Shown here in pieces: positions 24,556 to 38,411 of a DNA stretch of 64,000 nucleotides. Positions within the stretch are counted from its first letter, which is position 1; each line of letters starts with the position of its first letter. Made by a program: the position numbers and the translations under genes. Source of the stretch: Eledone cirrhosa (lineage: Eukaryota); assembly GCA_964016885.1 (NCBI GenBank), contig OZ024741.1:260648001-260712000 (forward strand). The letters are read 5' to 3'. Under the pieces are notes generated by a model, which was not told the origin of the DNA, did not search any database, and saw nothing but the letters and a program-made list of their open reading frames with translations.

Positions 24556-26895
24556 TTCGACTTACGAGTGTTTCGACATACGAGTGTTTCGACTTCCGAA
24601 TGTTTTTGCTTACGGGTGTTTCGACTTACGAATGTTTCGGCTTACGAGTGTTTCGGCTTACGAGTGTTCCGACTTAGGAGTGTTTCGGCTTACGAGTGTT
24701 TCCGACTTACGAGTGTTTCGACTTACGAGTGTTTCGACTTTCGAGTGTTTTGACTTACGGTGTTTCGGCTTACGAGTGATTCGACTTACGAGTGTTTTGA
24801 CTTACGGGTGTTTTGACTTACGGGTGTTGTGAATTACCAGTGTTCCGACTTACGAGTATTTTGGCTTACGGTGTTTCGGCTTGCGAGTGTTTCGACTTAC
24901 GAGTGTTTCGGCTTATGAGTGTTTCGACTTACTAATGTTTTTACTTACGAGTGTTTCGGCGTTCGAGTGTTTTGCCTTACGAGTGTTTCGACTTAAGAGT
25001 GTTTTGACTTACGAATGTTTTGACTTACGGGTGTTTCGGCTTATGAGTGTTTCGACTTACGAGTGTTTCGACTTATGAGTGTTTCGACTTACGAGTGTTC
25101 TGACTTACGAGTGTTCTGACTTACGAATGTTCCGACTTACGAGTGTTTCGGTTTACGAGTGTTTCGACATACGAGTGTTTTGACTTACGGGTGTTTCGAC
25201 TTACGGGTGTTTCGAATTACGAGTGTTTCGGCTTACGAGTGTTTCGACTTACTAATGTTTTTACTTACGAGTGTTTCGGTGTACGAATGTTTTGACTTAA
25301 GGATGTTTCGACTTACGAGTGTTTCGACTTACGAGTGTTTCGGCTTACGTGAGTTTCGACTTAAGAGTGTTCTGATTTACGAGTGTTCTGACTTGCGGGT
25401 GTTCTGATTTACGAGTGTTCCGACTTACGAGTGTTTCGGCTTATGAGTGTTTCGACTTACGAGTGTTTCGGCTTACGAGTGTTTCGACTTATGGGTGTTT
25501 CGACTTACGAGTGTTTTTACTTACGGTGTTTCGGCTTACGAGTGTTTCGACATACGAGTGTTTTGACTTACGGGTGTTTCGACTTACGAGTGTTTTGACT
25601 TACGAATGTTTTGACTTACGGGTGTTTCGGCTTACGAGTATTTCGACTTACGAGTGTTTCGGCTTACGAGTGTTTCGACTTACTAATGTTTTTACTTACG
25701 AGTGTTTCGGCGTACGAGAGTTTTGACTTACGAGTGTTTCGACTTACGAGTGTTTTGACTTACGAATGTTTTGACTTACGGGTGTTTCGGCTTATGAGTG
25801 TTTCGACTTACGAGTCTTTCGGCTTACGAGTGTTTCGACTTACTAATGTTTTTACTTACGAGTGTTTCGGCGTACGAGTGTTTCGACTTACGAGTGTTTC
25901 GACTTACGGGTGTTTTGACTTAAGGGTGTTTCGGCTTACGAGTGTTTCGACTTACGAGTGTTTTGACTTAAGGGTGTTTCGACTTACGAGTATTTTTGGC
26001 TTACGAGTGTTTCGACTTACGAGTGTTTTGACTTACGAGTGTTCTGATTTACGGATGTTTCGACATACGAGTGTTTCGACTTACGAGTGTTTCGACTTAT
26101 GAGTGTTTCGACTTACGAGTGTTTCGGCTTACGAGTGTTTCGACTTACGAGTGTTTTGACTTACGGTGTTTCGGCTTACGAGTGTTTCGACTTACGAGTG
26201 TTTTGACTTACGGGTGTTTTGACATACGAGTGTTTCGATACGAGTGTTCTGACTTACGAGTGTTCTGACTTACGAGTGTTTTGACTTACGAGTGTTCTGA
26301 CTTACGAGTGTTCCGACTTACGAGTGTTCCGACTTACGAGTGTTTCGGCTTACGAGTGTTTCCGGCTTACGAGTGTTTCGACTTCCGAGTGTTTTGACTT
26401 ACGGTTTTTCGGCTTACGAGTGATTCGACTTACGAGTGTTTTGACTTACGGGTGATTTGACTTACGGGTGTTGTGAATTACGAGTGTTCCGATTTACGAG
26501 TGTTTTGACTTACGGTGTTTCGGCTTACGAGTGATTCGAGTTACGAATGTTTTGACTTACGGGTGTTTCGGCTTGCGAGTGTTTCGACTTACGAGTGTTT
26601 CGGCTTATGGGTGTTTCGACTTACTAATGTTTTTACTTACGAGTGTTTCGGCGTACGAGTGTTTTGACTTACGAGTGTTTCGACTTACGAGTGTTTCGAC
26701 TTACGAGTGTTTCGGCTTACGTGAGTTTCGACTTAAGTGTGTTCTGATTTACGAGTGTTCTGACTTGCGGGTGTTCTGATTTACGAGTGTTCCGACTTAC
26801 GTGTGTTTCGGCTTATGAGTGTTTCGACTTACGAGTGTTTCGGCTTACGAGTGTTTCGACTTATGGGTGTTTCGACTTACGAGTGTTTTTACTTA
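24555..26895 (+). repeat. Dispersed higher-order copy of ~950-3290, lacking the 77-bp segment
   Basis: Constant offset 23602 for 1279/24881, 1813/25415, 2009/25611, 2929/26531 and 3185/26787. Confidence 0.85.
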
Positions 26896-29800
26896 CGAAT
26901 GTTTTGACTTACGGGTGTTTCGGCTTACGAGTGTTTCGACTTACGAGTGTTATGACTTACGGGTGTTTTGACATACGAGTGTTTCGATACGAGTGTTTCG
27001 ACTTACGAGTGTTACGAGTGTTCTGACTTACGAGTGTTTCGACTTACGAGTGTTCTGACCTACGAGTGTTCTGACTTACGAGTGTTTCGACTTACGAGTG
27101 TTTTGAATTACGGGGGTTTCGACTTACGAGTGTTTCGAGTTACGAGTGTTTCGAGTTACGAGTGTTTCGACTTACGAGTGTTTTTACTTACGAATGTTCT
27201 GACTTACGGGTGTTTCGGCTTACGAGTGTTTCGACTTACGAGTGTTTTAACTTACGGGTGTTTCTACTTACGCGTGTTTCGACTTGCAAGTGTTTCGACT
27301 TACGAGTGTTTCGACTTGCAAGTGTTTCGACTTACGAGTGTTTCGACTACGAATGATCCGACTTACGAGTGTTTCGACTTACGAGTGTTTCGACTTACGA
27401 GTGTTCTGACTTACGGGTGTTCCGACTTACGAGTGTTTCGGCTTACGATTGTTTTGACTTACGATTGTTTTGGCTTACTAACGTTTCGACTTACGAGTGT
27501 TTCGACTTACGAGTGTTTTGACTTACGAGTGTTTTGTCTTACGGGTGTTTTGACATACGAGTGTTTCGATACGAGTGTTCTGACTTACGAGTGTTCTGAC
27601 TTACGAGTGTTCTGACTTACGAGTGTTCTGACTTACGGGTGTTCTGACTTACGAGTGCTCCGACTTACGAGTGATTCGGCTTATGAGGGTTTCGACTTAC
27701 GAGTGCTTCGGCTTACGAGTGTTTCGACCTACGAGTGTTTCGGCTTACGAGTGTTTTGACTTACGAATGTTTTGGCTTACGCGTGTTTCGGCTTACGAGT
27801 GTTTCGAATTACGAGTGTTTCGACTTACGAGTGTTTTGACTTACGGTGTTTCGGCTTACGATTTATTCGACATACGAGTGTTTCGACTTACGGGTGTTTC
27901 GACTTACGGGTGTTTCGACTTACGAGTGTTTCGACTTATGAGTGTTTCGACTTACGAGTGTTCTGACTTACGAGTGTTCTGACTTACGAGTGTTCCGACT
28001 TACGAGTGTTTCGGTTTACGAGTGATTCGACATACGAGTGTTTTGACTTACGGGTGATTCGACTTACGGGTGTTTCGACTTACGAGTGTTTCGGCTTACG
28101 AGTGTTTCGACTTACTAATGTTTTTACTTACGAGTGTTTCGGTGTACGAGTGTTTCGACTTAAGGATGTTTCGACTTACGAGTGTTTCGACTTACGTGTG
28201 TTTCGGCTTACGTGAGTTTCGACTTAAGAGTGTTCTGATTTACGAGTGTTCTGACTTGCGGGTGTTCTGATTTACGAGTGTTCCGACTTACGAGTGTTTC
28301 GGCTTATGAGTGTTTCGACTTACGAGTGTTTCGGCTTACGAGTGTTTCGACTTATGGGTGTTTTGACTTACGAGTGTTTTTACTTACGGTGTTTCGGCTT
28401 ACGAGTGTTTCGACATACGAGTGTTCAGACTTACGAGTGTTCCGACTTACGAGCGTTCCGACTTACGAGTGTTTCGGCTTACGAGTGTTTCACTGTTTCG
28501 GCTTACGTGTGTTTCGACTAAGGAGTGTTTCGACTTACGACTGTTTCGGCTTACGAGTGTTTCGGCTTACGAGTGTTTCGGCTTACGAGTGTTTTGACTT
28601 ACGAGTGTTTTGACTTACGATTGTTTGGCTTACGAGTGTTCTGACTTACGGGTGTTCTGACTTACGAGTGTTTCGGCTTATGAGGGTTTCGACTTACGAC
28701 TGTTTCGGCTTATGAGGGTTTCGACTTACGAGTGCTTCGGCTTACGAGTGTTTCGACTTACGAGTGTTTCGGCTTACGAGTGTTTCGACTTACGAGTGTT
28801 TCGACTTACGAGTGTTTTGACTTACGGTGTTTCGGCTTACGAGTGTTTCGACATACGAGTGTTTTGACGTACGGGTGTTTCGACTTACGGGTCTTTCGAC
28901 TTAAGAGTGTTTCGACTTACGAGCGATTCGACTTACGAGTGTTTCGACTTACGAGTGTTTCGGCGTATGAGTGTTTTGACTCACGAGTGTTTCGACTTAC
29001 GAGTGTTTCGACTTACGAGTGCTTCGAATTACGAGTGTTTCGACTTACGAGTGTTTTGACTTACGAGTGTTTTGACTTACGAGTGTTTCGGCTTACGAGT
29101 GTTTCGACTTACTAATGTTTTTAAAACGGGTGTTTCGGCGTACGAGAGTTTTGAATTACGAGTGTTTCGACTTACGAGTGTTTCGACTTACGAGTATTTT
29201 GACTTACGAATGTTTTGACTTACGGGTGTTTCGGCTTACGAGTGTTTCGACTTACTAATGTTTTTACTTACGAGTGTTTCGGCGTACGAATGTTTCGACT
29301 TCCGAGTGTTTCGACTTACGGGTGTTTTGACTTACGGGTGTTTCGGCTTACGAGTGTTTTGACTTACGAGTGTTTTGACTTAAGGGTGTTTCGACTTACG
29401 AGTATTTTTGGCTTACGAGTGTTTCGACTTACGAGTGTTTTGACTTACGAGTGTTCTGATTTACGGATGTTTCGACATACGAGTGTTTCGACTTAAGAGT
29501 GTTTCGACTTATGAGTGTTTCGACTTACGAGTGTTTCGACTTACGAGTGTTTCGGCTTATGATTGTTTCGACTTACGAGTGTTTTGACTTACGGTGTTTC
29601 AGCTTACGAGTGTTTCGACTTACGAGTGTTTTGACTTACGGGTGTTTTGACATACGAGTGTTTCGATACGAGTGTTCTGACTTACGAGTGTTCTGACTTA
29701 CGAGTGTTTTGACTTACGAGTGTTCTGACTTACGAGTGTTCCGACTTACGAGTGTTCCGACTTACGAGTGTTTCGGCTTACGAGTGTTTCCGGCTTACGA

Positions 29801-32800
29801 GTGTTTCGACTTACGAGTGTTTTGACTTACGGTGTTTCGCCTTACGAGTCATTCAACTTACGAGTGTTTTGACTTACGGGTGTTTTGACTTACGGGTGTG
29901 GTGAATTACGAGTGTTCCGATTTACGAGTGTTTTGACTTACGGTGTTTCGGCTTACGAGTGATTCGACTTACGAATGTTTTGACTTACGGGTGTTTCGGC
30001 TTGCGAGTGTTTCGACTTACGAGTGTTTCGGCTTATGAGTGTTTCGACTTACTAATGTTTTTACTTACGAGTGTTCTGACTTACGAGGGTTCCGACTTAA
30101 GAGTGTTCCGACTTACGAGTGTTTCGGCTTACGAGTGTTTCCGGCTTACGAGTGTTTCGACTTACGAGTGTTTCGACTTACGAGTGTTTTGACTTACGGT
30201 GTTTCGACTTACGAGTGATTCGACTTACGAGTGTTTTGACTTACGGGTGTTTTGACTTACGGGTGTTGTGAATTACGAGTGTTCCGATTTACGAGTGTTT
30301 TGACTTACGAGTGTTCTGACTTACGAGTGTTCTGACTTACGAGTGTTCTGAATTACGAGTGTTCTGATTTACGAGTGTTCCGACTTACGAGTCTTTCGGC
30401 TTACGAGTGTTTCGGCTTACGAGTGTTTCGACTTACGAGTTTTTCGACTTACGAGTGTTCCGACTTACGGGTGTTTCGACTTAGGAGTGGTTTGGCTTAC
30501 GGTGTTTCGGCTTACGAGTGTTTCGAGTTACGAGTGTTTTGACTTACGCGTGTTTTGACATACGAGTGTTTCGATACGAGTGTTCTGATTTACGAGTGTT
30601 CTGACTTACGAGTGTTCCGACTTACGGGTGTTCTGACTTACGAGTGTTCCGACTTACGAGTGTTTCGGCGTATGAGTGTTTCGACTTACGGGCGTTTCGA
30701 CTTACGGGTGTTTCGACTTACGAGTGTTTTGACTTACGAGTGTTCTGACTTACTAGTGTTCCGACTTACGACTGTTTCGACTTACGAGTGTTTTGACTTA
30801 CGAGTGTTCCGACTTACGAGTGTTTCGGCTTACGGGTGTTTCGACGTACGAGTATTTTTGGCTTACGAGTGTTTCGACTTACGAGTGTTTTGAATTACGA
30901 TTGTTTCGGCTTACGAGTGTTTCGACTTACGAGTATTTCGACTTACGAGTTTTTTTACTTACGGGTGTTTTGACATACGAGTGTTTCGATACGAGTGCTC
31001 TGACTTACGAGTGTTCTGACTTACGAGTGTTCTGACTTACGAGTGTTCTGACTTACAGGTGTTCTGACTTACGTGTGTTCCGACTTACGAGTGTTTCGGT
31101 TATGGGTGTTTCGACTTACGAGTGTTTCGACTTACGAATGTTTTGGCTTACGAGTGTTTCGGCTTACGAATGTTTCGACTTACGAATGTTTTGGCTTACG
31201 AGTGTTTCGGCTTACGGGTGTTTCGACTTACGAGTGTTTCGACTTACGAGTGTTTTGACTTACGGTGTTTCGGCTTACAATTTATTCGACATACGAGTGT
31301 TTCGACTTACGGGTGTTTCGACTTACGGGTGTTTCGACTTACGAGTGTTTCGACTTATGAGTGTTTCGACTTACGAGTGTTCTGACTTACGAGTGTTCTG
31401 ACTTACGAGTGTTCCGACTTACGAGTGTTTCGGTTTACGAGTGATTCGACATACGAGTGTTTTGACTTACGGGTGATTCGACTTACGGGTGTTTCGACTT
31501 ACGAGTGTTTCGGCTTACGAGTGTTTCGACTTACTAATGTTTTTACTTACGAGTGTTTCGGTGTACGAGTGTTTCGACTTAAGGATGTTTCGACTTACGA
31601 GTGTTTCGACTTACGTGTGTTTCGGCTTACGTGAGTTTCGACTTAAGAGTGTTCTGATTTACGAGTGTTCTGACTTGCGGGTGTTCTGATTTACGAGTGT
31701 TCCGACTTACGAGTGTTTCGGCTTATGAGTGTTTCGACTTACGAGTGTTTCGGATTACGAGTGTTTCGACTTATGGGTGTTTTGACTTACGAGTGTTTTT
31801 ACTTACGGTGTTTCGGCTTACGAGTGTTTCGACATACGAGTGTTCAGACTTACGAGTGTTCCGACTTACGAGCGTTCCGACTTACGAGTGTTTCGACTTA
31901 CGAGTGTTAAGACTTACGGGTGTTTTGACATACGAGTGTTTCGATACGAGTGTTCTGACTTACGAGTGTTCTGACTTACGAGTGTTTTGATTTACGAGTG
32001 TTCTGACTTACGAGTGTTCCGACTTACGAGTGTTCCGACTTACGAGTGTTTCGGCTTACGAGTGTTTCCGGCTTACGAGTGTTTCGACTTACGAGTGTTT
32101 TGACTTACGGTGTTTCGGCTTACGAGTCATTCAACTTACGAGTGTTTTGACTTACGGGTGTTTTGACTTACGGGTGTGGTGAATTACGAGTGTTCCGATT
32201 TACGAGTGTTTTGACTTACGGTGTTTCGGCTTACGAGTGATTCGACTTACGAATGTTTTGACTTACGGGTGTTTCGGCTTGCGAGTGTTTCGACTTACGA
32301 GTGTTTCGGCTTATGAGTGTTTCGACTTACTAATGTTTTTACTTACGAGTGTTCTGACTTACGAGGGTTCCGACTTAAGAGTGTTCCGACTTACGAGTGT
32401 TTCGGCTTACGAGTGTTTCCGGCTTACGAGTGTTTCGACTTACGAGTGTTTCGACTTACGAGTGTTTTGACTTACGGTGTTTCGACTTACGAGTGATTCG
32501 ACTTACGAGTGTTTTGACTTACGGGTGTTTTGACTTACGGGTGTTGTGAATTACGAGTGTTCCGATTTACGAGTGTTTTGACTTACGGTGTTTCGGCTAA
32601 CGAGTGATTCGACTTACGAATGTTTTGACTTACGGGTGTTTCGGCTTACGAGTGTTTCGACTTACGAGTGTTTCGGCTTGCGAGTGTTTCGAGTTACTAA
32701 TGTTTTTACTTACGAGTTTTTCGGCGTACGAGTGTTTCGACTTACGAGTGTTTCGACTTACGGGTGTTTTGACTTAAGGGTGTTTCGACTTACAAGTGTT

Positions 32801-35800
32801 TCGACTTACGAGTGTTTCGACTTACGAGTGTTCTGACTTACGAGTGTTCTGATTTACGGATGTTTCGACATACGAGTGTTTCGACTTACGAGTGTTTCGA
32901 CTTACGAGTGTTTTCACTTACGGGTGTTTTGACATACGAGTGTTTCGATACGAGTGTTTCGACTTACGAGTGTTCTGACTTACGAGTGTTCTGACTTACG
33001 AGTGTTCTGAATTACGAGTGTTCTGATTTACGAGTGTTCCGACTTACGAGTCTTTCGGCTTACGAGTGTTTCGGCTTACGAGTGTTTTGACGTACGGGTG
33101 TTTCGACTTACGGGTGTTTCGACTTAAGAGTGTTTCGACTTACGAGCGCTTCGACTTACGAGTGTTTCGGCTTACGAGTGTTTCGGCGTATGAGTGTTTC
33201 GACTTACGAGTCTTTCGGCTTACGAGTGTTTCGACTTACTAATGTTTTTACTTACGAGTGTTTCGGCGTACGAGTGTTTCGACTTACGAGTGTTTCGACT
33301 TACGGGTGTTTTGACTTACGGGTGTTTCGGCTTACGAGTGTTTCGACTTACGATTTTTTGGCTTACGAATGTTTCGGCTTACGAGTGTTTCGGCTTACGA
33401 GAGTTTTGACTTACGGTGTTTCGGCTTACGAGTGTTTCGACTTACGAGTGTTTTGACTTACGGGTGTTTTGACATACGAGTGTTTCGATACGAGTGTTCT
33501 GACTTACGAGTGTTCTGACTTACGAGTGATCTGACTTACGGGTGTTCTGACTTACGAGTGTTCCGACTTACGAGTGTTTCGGCTTATGAGGGTTTCGACT
33601 TACGAGTGCTTCGGCTTACGAGTGTTTCGACTTTCGAGTGTTTCGGCTTACGAGTGTTTCGACTTACGAATGTTTTGGCTTACGAGTGTTTCGGCTTACG
33701 AGTGTTTCGACTTACGAGTGTTTCGACTTACGAGTGTTTTGACTTACGGTGTTTCGGCTTACGAGTGTTTCGACATACGAGTGTTTTGACGTACGGGTGT
33801 TTCGACTTACGGGTGTTTCGACTTAAGAGTGTTTCGACTTACGAGCGCTTCGACTTACGAGTGTTTCGGCTTACGAGTGTTTCGGCGTATGAGTGTTTTG
33901 ACTTACGAGTGTTTCGACTTACGAGTGTTTCGACTTACGAGTGTTTCGACTTACGAGTGTTTCGACTTACGAGTGTTTTGACTAACGGTGTTTCTGCTTA
34001 CGAGTGTTTCGACTTACGAATGTTATGACTTACGGGTGTTTTGACATACGAGTGTTTCGATACGAGTGTTTCGACTTACGAGTGTTACGAGTGTTCTGAC
34101 TTACGAGTGTTTCGACTTACGAGTGTTTTGACTTACGGGGGTTTCGACTTACGAGTGTTTCGAGTTACGAGTGTTTCGAGTTACGAGTGTTTCGACTTAC
34201 GAGTGTTTTTACTTACGAATGTTCTGACTTACGGGTGTTTCGGCTTACGAGTGTTTCGACTTACGAGTGTTTTAACTTACGGGTGTTTCTACTTACGCGT
34301 GTTTCGACTTGCAAGTGTTTCGACTTACGAGTGTTTCGACTTGCAAGTGTTTCGACTTACGAGTGTTTCGACTACGAATGATCCGACTTACGAGTGTTTC
34401 GACTTACGAGTGTTTCGACTTACGAGTGTTCTGACTTACGGGTGTTCCGACTTACGAGTGTTTCGGCTTACGATTGTTTTGACTTACGATTGTTTTGGAT
34501 TACGAATGTTTCGACTTACGAGTGTTTCGACTTACGAGTGTTTTGACTTACGAGTGTTTTGTCTTACGGGTGTTTTGACATACGAGTGTTTCGATACGAG
34601 TGTTCTGACTTACGAGTGTTCTGACTTACGAGTGTTCTGACTTACGAGTGTTCTGACTTACGGGTGTTCTGACTTACGAGTGTTCCGACTTACGAGTGAT
34701 TCGGCTTATGACGGTTTCGACTTACGAGTGCTTCGGCTTACGAGTGTTTCGACCTACGAGTGTTTCGGCTTACGAGTGTTTTGACTTACGAATGTTTTGG
34801 CTTACGCGTGTTTCGGCTTACGAGTGTTTCGAATTACGAGTGTTTCGACTTACGAGTGTTTTGACTTACGGTGTTTCGGCTTACGAGTGTTTCGACTCAC
34901 GAGAGTTTTAACTTACGGGTGTTTCGACTTACGCGTGTTTCGACTTACGAATGTTCCGACTTACGAGTGTTTCGACTTACGAGTGTTTCGGCGTACGAGT
35001 GTTTCAACTTACGAGTGTTTTGACTTACGTGTGTTTCGGCTTACGAGTGTTTTGACTTACGAGTGTTTTGACTTACGAGTGTTTTGACTTACGGGTGTTT
35101 TGACATACGAGTGTTTCGATACGAGTGTTCTGACTTACGAGTGTTCTGACTTACGAGCGTTCTGACTTACGAGTGTTCTGACTTACGAGTGGTCTGACTT
35201 ACGGGTGTTCTTACTTACGAGTGTTCCGACTTACGAGTGTTTCAGCTTATGAGTGTTTCGACTTACGAGTGCTTCGGTTTACGAGTGTTTCGACTTACGA
35301 GTGTTTCGACTTACGAGTGTTTTGACTTACGAGTGTTTTGACTAACGATGTTTCTGCTTACGAGTGTTTCGACTTACGAGTGTTATGACTTACGGGTGTT
35401 TTGACATACGAGTGTTTCGATACGAGTGTTTCGACTTACGAGTGTTACGAGTGTTCTGACTTACGAGTGTTTCGACTTACGAGTGTTCTGACCTACGAGT
35501 GTTCTGACTTACGAGTGTTTCGACTTACGAGTGTTTTGACTTACGGGTGTTTCGACTTACGAGTGTTTCGAGTTACGAGTGTTTCGAGTTACGAGTGTTT
35601 CGACTTACGAGTGTTTTTAATTACGAATGTTCTGACTTACGGGTGTTTCGGCTTACGAGTGTTTTAACTTACGGGTGTTTCTACTTACGCGTGTTTCGAC
35701 TTGCAAGTGTTTCGACTTACGAGTGTTTCGACCTGCAAGTGTTTCGACTTACGAGTGTTTCGACTACGAATTTTCCGACTTACGAGTGTTTCGACTTACG

Positions 35801-38334
35801 AGTGTTTCGACTTACGAGTGTTCTGACTTACGGGTGTTCCGACTTACGAGTGTTTCGTCTTACGATTGTTGTGACTTACGATTGTTTTGGCTTACGAATG
35901 TTTCGACTTACGAGTGTTTCGACTTCCGAGTGTTTTGACTTACGAGTGTTCCGACTTACGAGTGTTTCGGCGTATGAGTGTTTCGACTTACGGGCGTTTC
36001 GACTTACGGGTGTTTCGACTTACGAGTGTTTTGACTTACGAGTGTTCTGACTTACTAGTGTTCCGACTTACGACTGTTTCGACTTACGGGTGTTTCGACG
36101 TACGAGTATTTTTGGCTTACGAGTGTTTCGACTTACGAGTGTTTTGAATTACGATTGTTTCGGCTTACGAGTGTTTCGACTTACGAGTATTTCGACTTAC
36201 GAGTTTTTTTACTTACGGTGTTTCGGCTTACGAGTGTTTCGACTTACGAGTGTTTTGACTTACGGGTGTTTTGACATACGAGTGTTTCGATACGAGTGCT
36301 CTGACTTACGAGTGTTCTGACATACGAGTGTTCTGACTTACGAGTGTTCTGACTTACGGGTGTTCTGACTTACGTGTGTTCCGACTTACGAGTGTTTCGG
36401 TTATGGGTGTTTCGACTTACGAGTGTTTCGACTTACGAATGTTTTGGCTTACGAGTGTTTCGGCTTACGAATGTTTCGACTTACGAATGTTTTGGCTTAC
36501 GAGTGTTTCGGCTTACGGGTGTTTCGACTTACGAGTGTTTCGACTTACGAGTGTTTTGACTTACGGTGTTTCGGCTTACAATTTATTCGACATACGAGTG
36601 TTTCGACTTACGGGTGTTTCGACTTACGGGTGTTTCGACTTAAGGATGTTTCGACTTACGAGTGTTTCGACTTACGTGTGTTTCGGCTTACGTGAGTTTC
36701 GACTTAAGAGTGTTCTGATTTACGAGTGTTCTGACTTGCGGGTGTTCTGATTTACGAGTGTTCCGACTTACGAGTGTTTCGGCTTATGAGTGTTTCGACT
36801 TACGAGTGTTTCGGCTTACGAGTGTTTTGACTTATGGGTGTTTTGACTTACGAGTGTTTTTACTTACGGTGTTTCGGCTTACGAGTGTTTCGACATACGA
36901 GTGTTCAGACTTACGAGTGTTCCGACTTACGAGCGTTCCGACTTACGAGTGTTTCGACTTACGAGTGTTAAGACTTACGGGTGTTTTGACATACGAGTGT
37001 TTCGATACGAGTGTTCTGACTTACGAGTGTTCTGACTTACGAGTGTTTTGATTTACGAGTGTTCTGACTTACGAGTGTTCCGACTTACGAGTGTTCCGAC
37101 TTACGAGTGTTTCGGCTTACGAGTGTTTCCGGCTTACGAGTGTTTCGACTTACGAGTGTTTTGACTTACGGTGTTTCGGCTTACGAGTCATTCAACTTAC
37201 GAGTGTTTTGACTTACGGGTGTTTTGACTTACGGGTGTGGTGAATTACGAGTGTTCCGATTTACGAGTGTTTTGACTTACGGTGTTTCGGCTTACGAGTG
37301 ATTCGACTTACGAATGTTTTGACTTACGGGTGTTTCGGCTTGCGAGTGTTTCGACTTACGAGTGTTTCGGCTTATGAGTGTTTCGACTTACTAATGTTTT
37401 TACTTACGAGTGTTCTGACTTACGAGGGTTCCGACTTAAGAGTGTTCCAACTTACGAGTGTTTCGGCTTACGAGTGTTTCCGGCTTACGAGTGTTTCGAC
37501 TTACGAGTGTTTCGACTTACGAGTGTTTTGACTTACGGTGTTTCGACTTACGAGTGATTAGACTTACGAGTGTTTTGACTTACGGGTGTTTTGACTTACG
37601 GGTGTTGTGAATTACGAGTGTTCCGATTTACGAGTGTTTTGACTTACGGTGTTTCGGCTAACGAGTGATTCGACTTACGAATGTTTTGACTTACGGGTGT
37701 TTCGCCTTACGAGTGTTTCGACTTACGAGTGTTTCGGCTTGCGAGTGTTTCGAGTTACTAATATTTTTACTTACGAGTTTTTCGGCGTACGAGTGTTTCG
37801 ACTTACGAGTGTTTCGACTTACGGGTGTTTTGACTTAAGGGTGTTTCGACTTACAAGTGTTTCGACTTACGAGTGTTTCGACTTACGAGTGTTCTGACTT
37901 ACGAGTGTTCTGATTTACGGATGTTTCGACATACGAGTGTTTCGACTTACGAGTGTTTCGACTTACGAGTGTTCTGACTTACGAGTGTTCTGACTTACGA
38001 GTGTTCTGAATTACGAGTGTTCTGATTTACGAGTGTTCCGACTTACCAGTCTTTCGGCTTACGAGTGTTTCGGCTTACGAGTGTTTCGACTTACGAGTGT
38101 TTCGACTTACGAGTGTTCCGACTTACGGGTGTTTCGACTTACGAGTGGTTTGGCTTACGGTGTTTCGGCTTACGAGTGTTTCGAGTTACGAGTGTTTTGA
38201 CTTACGCGTGTTTTGACATACGAGTGTTTCGATACGAGTGTTCTGATTTACGAGTGTTCTGACTTACGAGTGTTCCGACTTTACGAGTGTTTCGGCTCAC
38301 GAGTGTTTCGGCTTACGAGTGTTTCGACTTACGA

Positions 38335-38411
38335 AAATAACAAATAGACGCGGTTTCAAATCTCTATGATTTTCAAATTCATTACATTAATCTTTATTTA
38401 TACGTTTCGCT
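38335..38411. repeat. 77-bp AT-rich interruption, copy 3
   Basis: Same sequence as copy 2 with the same flanking variants. Confidence 0.95.
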
